Source of the DNA: an uncultured delta proteobacterium | GTDB taxonomy: Bacteria; Desulfobacterota; Desulfuromonadia; Desulfuromonadales; BM103 | Assembly: GCA_963715335.1 (NCBI GenBank) | Contig: CAVQRZ010000005.1 | Span: 96,001-160,000 of the forward strand | Direction: 5' to 3' | DNA: 64,000 nucleotides | Part shown: positions 60,073-64,000 of the stretch, piece by piece | Position numbering within the stretch: position 1 is the first letter of the stretch | Layout of the letters: every line of letters begins with the position of its first letter | Translations under genes and position numbers: made by a program | Notes under the pieces: model-generated | The model's input: the letters and a program-made list of their open reading frames with translations, nothing else | What the model was told of the DNA's origin: nothing | Database searches by the model: none

Positions 60073-60906
60073 ATGTCCAGCCGTATCAAGAACCAGTTGA
60101 TTGCCAAGATCATCACCCGCTTCCCGAGCCTGGCGCAACGTTTTATCGCTGCCTACCAGCCCTGGGAGTCCGGGGAAACGCCTCCCTGGACACCTGTTAC
60201 CAGACCTCTGGGCGAATGCAGGGTTGCACTGGTCACAACCTCGGGCATCCACCACAAAGACCAGCAGCCTTTCGATATGCTGGACAGCGAGGGCGACCCC
60301 AGTTTCCGGGAAATAGAGGGGGCAACTATTGCCAGCAACTACATGATCACCCATGACTACTACGACCACGGCGATGCCGAGAAGGACCTCAACATCATCT
60401 TCCCGATCGACCGTCTCCGTGAGTTGCAGACCGAGGGGGTGATTGGCGACCTGGCGACCCGCCATTACTCCTTTATGGGACATATAGACGGGCGTCATAT
60501 CGCTACGCTGGTCAACAAATCAGCCAGACAGCTTGTCGGGAAGCTCCGCCAGGACGCCGTTGATGCGGTCCTGCTGACCCCTGCCTGAGGCATCTGCAAC
60601 CAGTCCGTGGGACTGGTCCAGAGAGAGATCGAAAAAGCCGGCATCCCGACTGTCGGGGTCTCGATCGTACGCGAATATACCGAAAAGGTGCAGCCTCCCA
60701 GGACCGTTTACCTCAAGTGGCCCTTCGGCCATCCGCTCGGTGAACCGGGCAACATCAGGCAGCAACGGGCCGTGGTCCTGGAGGCCTTCAGGGTGCTTTA
60801 TTCGGCGACAACTCCGGGAGAGATTGTTGATCTGCCGTTTCGTTGGCGACGGCATGATTATGATAGTTACGAGGAGCCGAAGGGGTTTGTGCCAATTCGG
60901 GAATAA
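60073..60906 (+). CDS. PrdB/GrdB-family selenoprotein (Sec at TGA 60586-60588)
   Basis: ORFs 59998..60588 and 60607..60906 are in the same frame and separated by one TGA, giving DAVLLTPA-U-GICNQSVGLVQREIEKAGIPTV. Family motifs VALVTTSG, GDPSFREI, D.NIIFPIDRL.EL, YSFMG, PPRT, PFGHPLG. SECIS-like hairpin follows. Confidence 0.9.
60599..60617 (+). promoter_or_regulatory. Putative bacterial SECIS hairpin
   Basis: ACCAGTCC-GTG-GGACTGGT, an 8-bp stem with a G-initiated loop, beginning 11 nt after the TGA. Confidence 0.75.
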
Positions 60907-60987
60907 AGAATTTATCGAGCCACCATATTTGATTGTATGGTGGCATCGTTGATTTTAAATTCTTTAGAATCTTAAGATCAAAGCTTA

Positions 60988-61479
60988 AACCGGCGGGTCG
61001 CGTCCCGCCGGACGCCATACTTTTGTCCGGCAACAAAAGTATGCAAAAATGCCTTCACCTTGCGGTGGGCATCTCCTTTGCCAGGTTTCTCTGAATTCAA
61101 GAACCTACTGTGATGGGAATCCGGCCCTGTGTCAAAGGGCCTGACCTTTCTGTGTGATCTTTATGGGTCATGTCTAAATTACGACGGTGCTAGCAATCAT
61201 CCTTAACAGGAGAGGCTCTTTTGCTCCTTGCTCCTTTAGTGGTGTTCCGTGCCTGCTGGTTGTAATTGGTCTCAGCAGCTTGATCTTGCCACCCCATTTT
61301 GACAGCAGTGCGGCGAGGCCCCCTGTAACGGGCCGGCTTGTCTCCTCTGCTGTTTTTTGAGGCCATTGACCCTTCGCGAACGTCTATAGCCCTCCGCTAG
61401 GAGTAAGGCGTTTTTTGCGTACTTTTTGTCGCCGCTTGGACAAAAAGTACGGCGTCTGGCGGGACGCAACCCGCCGGTT
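60988..61479. repeat. Non-coding structured repeat element, copy 2 (REPIN/MITE-like)
   Basis: About 70-bp imperfect terminal inverted repeats (AACCGGCGGGTCGCGTCCCGCC.GACGCC.TACTTTT..). The left 160 bp is homologous to 5566..5733. Confidence 0.88.
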
Positions 61480-61594
61480 CTGATTTTGAACTTAAACTCA
61501 TAACCAATTAAATTATGCAGGCGACATATTCCTAGCAATGTGTTGCCCGCATAATTTACTTTATCTCCCCCTCCCCCTTCGCTATCCTTGCCGC

Positions 61595-63301
61595 ATGCGC
61601 ACCATTCTGGCCACCCTGCACAGCAAATTCATCCACAACAGCCTGGCGTTGCCCTGTCTGGCAGCCTACTGTGGTGACGGCTGCGGCGAACTCCTGATCC
61701 GCGAGTACACCGTACATGAGCCGCGGGAATCCGTCCTTGCCGTGTTGCTGGCTGACGAACCGGATGTCATCGCTTTCTCAGTCTATCTCTGGAACCGGCG
61801 GGAGACCCTCGACCTGGCCGATGCCCTGGCCGTCGCCCGCCCCGATCTGCGCATTGTTCTTGGCGGGCCGGAGACCTCTTTTGACGATGACACAATCTTT
61901 GCCCGGCATCCGGGACTGACTGCGCTGGTCCGTGGCGAAGGGGAAGAACCGCTGCGGACACTCCTCCATGCGTGGCAGCAGGGACTGCCTCCGGGATTGG
62001 TTCCGCGCGCGGTTATCCGTCAGGATGCCAAACTCATCAGCGGTTCCGACAGCCCGCCGCTCAGCAACCTGGACAGCATCCCTTCGCCATTTCAGCTAGG
62101 TCTGGCCGATTTTTCCCGGGGCCTGGTCTATTACGAAACCAGCCGCGGCTGCCCTTTCCGTTGCAGTTTCTGCCTCAGCGCCCGCGACAACCTGATGCGA
62201 AGCTACTCGATGGAGCGAATCCGGAGCGACCTGCTCCTGCTGATGCAGAACGAAGTCCCCAAGGTCAAGCTGGTCGATCGCACATTCAACTACGATCCCC
62301 GGCGCGCTCTGCAGATCTTCCGTTTCATCCTCGAGCACAACCGTTCGACCCAGTTCCATTTCGAGATTGGCGCTCACCTGCTCGATGACACCACCCTGTC
62401 CTTTCTCGAAACGGTGCCGGCCGAGATGTTCCAGTTTGAAATCGGCGTACAGTCGACCCTGGAGAGCACCCTTGACACGATCGGCCGCAAGGTCAACCTG
62501 GAGGAACTCGAAGAGAATGTGCGCAGATTGATGGAGAGCTGTCGCATCCGCCTGCACCTTGACCTGGTTGCCGGCCTGCCGGGCGATAACTTCGAGAATT
62601 TTATCGCATCGATCGATCGGGTGATCGCACTCAATCCCCACCACCTGCAGGTCGAGCCGGTCAAGCTTTTACCAGGTTCCCCGCTGCGCGACCAGGCCGA
62701 ATCACACCGTATCAGGTTCGACCCCAATCCGCCCTACACAATCCTGGGCAGCCCCGACCTCTCATATAACGAGCTGCGGCAACTCCAGGAGATCAGCCGA
62801 CTGCTTGATCTGACCTACAACAGCGACTGCTTTGCAACCTTCCTGCACGAACTGACGGCAGTCTCAGGTTCCTTTGCCAGCGGGCTGGTATGGCTGGCCG
62901 GCGAATGGCGCCGCCGCAACCTGTTCCGGTTCCCCATGGACCGCCGGGAGGTGTTCAACAGCCTGGTCAGGATTATCGAACAACGTGACAACGACATCTC
63001 AAGGCAACGCCTTCTGGAGGGTCTGGCTTACGATTTCGCCCGTTGCGAACGAGTCGTCACCAACCGCATCCCGGCATTCTTCAACACCGGCCTTAGCGCC
63101 GAAGAGCAGCTCTGGGTCCAGAATACCGTGCAGAAGCGAGCCGGGGAGATCAAAGGCCAGGGGATCAAGCTGCAATACTTCGCCACAGTTTTTTCAGCCC
63201 TCCACGACGTCGAACAACCCACCGCCTACCTGTTTCTCTACCTGACGCAGACCGGCCAAAAGATGCAGGTCGAGGAATATCTTTTCTGCGAACAACCGTG
63301 A
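61595..63301 (+). CDS. B12-binding domain radical SAM protein (DUF4080-type C-terminus)
   Basis: HSKFIHNSLAL, FSVYLWN, LGGPE, GEGE, YYETSRGCPFRCSFCLS, VDRTFN, HLDLVAGLP. Confidence 0.92.
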   Translation: MRTILATLHSKFIHNSLALPCLAAYCGDGCGELLIREYTVHEPRESVLAVLLADEPDVIAFSVYLWNRRETLDLADALAVARPDLRIVLGGPETSFDDDTIFARHPGLTALVRGEGEEPLRTLLHAWQQGLPPGLVPRAVIRQDAKLISGSDSPPLSNLDSIPSPFQLGLADFSRGLVYYETSRGCPFRCSFCLSARDNLMRSYSMERIRSDLLLLMQNEVPKVKLVDRTFNYDPRRALQIFRFILEHNRSTQFHFEIGAHLLDDTTLSFLETVPAEMFQFEIGVQSTLESTLDTIGRKVNLEELEENVRRLMESCRIRLHLDLVAGLPGDNFENFIASIDRVIALNPHHLQVEPVKLLPGSPLRDQAESHRIRFDPNPPYTILGSPDLSYNELRQLQEISRLLDLTYNSDCFATFLHELTAVSGSFASGLVWLAGEWRRRNLFRFPMDRREVFNSLVRIIEQRDNDISRQRLLEGLAYDFARCERVVTNRIPAFFNTGLSAEEQLWVQNTVQKRAGEIKGQGIKLQYFATVFSALHDVEQPTAYLFLYLTQTGQKMQVEEYLFCEQP

Positions 63302-63495
63302 TGTGGCCCGTCACGAAAGGCTGTGGCGCAGCAGCGCCGGGGAGAGGCCCTGTCAGAAAAACCGCACTTGTTCAAAGGGATTCTCTCTGGCGGCAAAAAG
63401 CAGATCGAGAGAGGCGAGGAACCGCCATCAGGAGAATACTCAGGGGTGAGAATTTAAACTCGGCGACGATCAGCGTTTCATGGCAATCTTTTCCT

Positions 63496-64000
63496 TCACG
63501 CACTCCCCAACCGCACAATTAACCCACCGATATAACGCGGATCAATATCTTCGAAGCCGATCGAGCAGAACTCCTCCTCCCAGATATCCAGGCAATACCC
63601 GGCAAAGTCGCCGCCATCCGGCACCAGGGACTCGAGCCAGTGGACAGTTTCTTCGCGCAGGCGCGGGTGCAGCACACCCGATTGCGAGACCATCCCGTGC
63701 AGACCTGCCAGCTCTTCTTCGGCAAGCGGCAGGGGGAGAAAATCACGGCCCATGAGCTTGTTGGAGAGCGCCGTCAGGAAGAACTCCACCAGGCTAATGT
63801 CTTCGATATCGCCGGGTTGACAGCCATCCAGGTCCAGCGTTGCCGGGTCAGGCAACACAAATGGCAGCCCTTCCTCAAAAATACGCCGTTGCACTTCGAT
63901 CCTCGCCAGCCACTGGTCAACCGACCTGATTTCATACAGGTTGGCGAACATGCGCGTGCCACCCCGGGTCGGGTCACCCACACCCTCGAAATAGAGCGGC
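63496..64000 (-). CDS. Conserved deltaproteobacterial hypothetical protein, C-terminal part (DUF6178-like)
   Basis: Open frame runs in from the window edge: FFLTAL.N..MG..F.PLPL and C-terminal DPRYIGGL. Family assignment is from memory. Confidence 0.6.
   Translation of the reverse strand, partial: PLYFEGVGDPTRGGTRMFANLYEIRSVDQWLARIEVQRRIFEEGLPFVLPDPATLDLDGCQPGDIEDISLVEFFLTALSNKLMGRDFLPLPLAEEELAGLHGMVSQSGVLHPRLREETVHWLESLVPDGGDFAGYCLDIWEEEFCSIGFEDIDPRYIGGLIVRLGSA

Noticed and set aside
61272..61538. 88-aa minus-strand ORF (and 60788..61036) overlapping repeat copy 2
   Set aside because: They translate the palindromic arms, have no RBS or recognisable domain, and copy 1 does not preserve the frame.

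Overview
A roughly 57% GC (by eye) bacterial chromosome segment. Gene content and order point to Desulfuromonadia (Desulfuromonas/Geobacter relatives); this is an inference from synteny. From left to right it holds: bioF-bioW with a BirA-type operator; a stand-alone system II cytochrome c maturation pair (ccsA/ccsB); a pseudo-receiver-GAF plus Zn-ribbon-PilZ pair; a long conserved minus-strand block (tig-clpP-clpX-lon-hup, tRNAs, an oxpG-type atypical T2SS operon, ftsEX-envC-ctpA, xseAB, ispA-dxs); seven tRNA genes in all; an accessory block (frameshifted tonB, TonB-dependent receptor, LVIVD-repeat protein, hybrid histidine kinase with a broken 5' end, and a FadR/DmdR-like regulator-acuI operon divergent from a second enoyl-reductase-like MDR); then peptidases, ltaE, srkA, an MshEN protein, acpH, radical SAM genes and an exported rhodanese. 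The most notable items not visible in the ORF track are: (1) an orphan PrdB/GrdB-like selenoprotein with an in-frame TGA and a SECIS-like hairpin; (2) two copies of a 420-490 bp non-coding element with terminal inverted, covarying hairpin arms; (3) a perfect 15-bp palindromic operator in an acrylate-detoxification-like module; (4) a structured, attenuator-like leader in front of the T2SS operon. Several frameshifts may be sequencing or assembly indels. No CRISPR array, integrase or transposase was seen. Family assignments come from motif recognition; no database searches were run.
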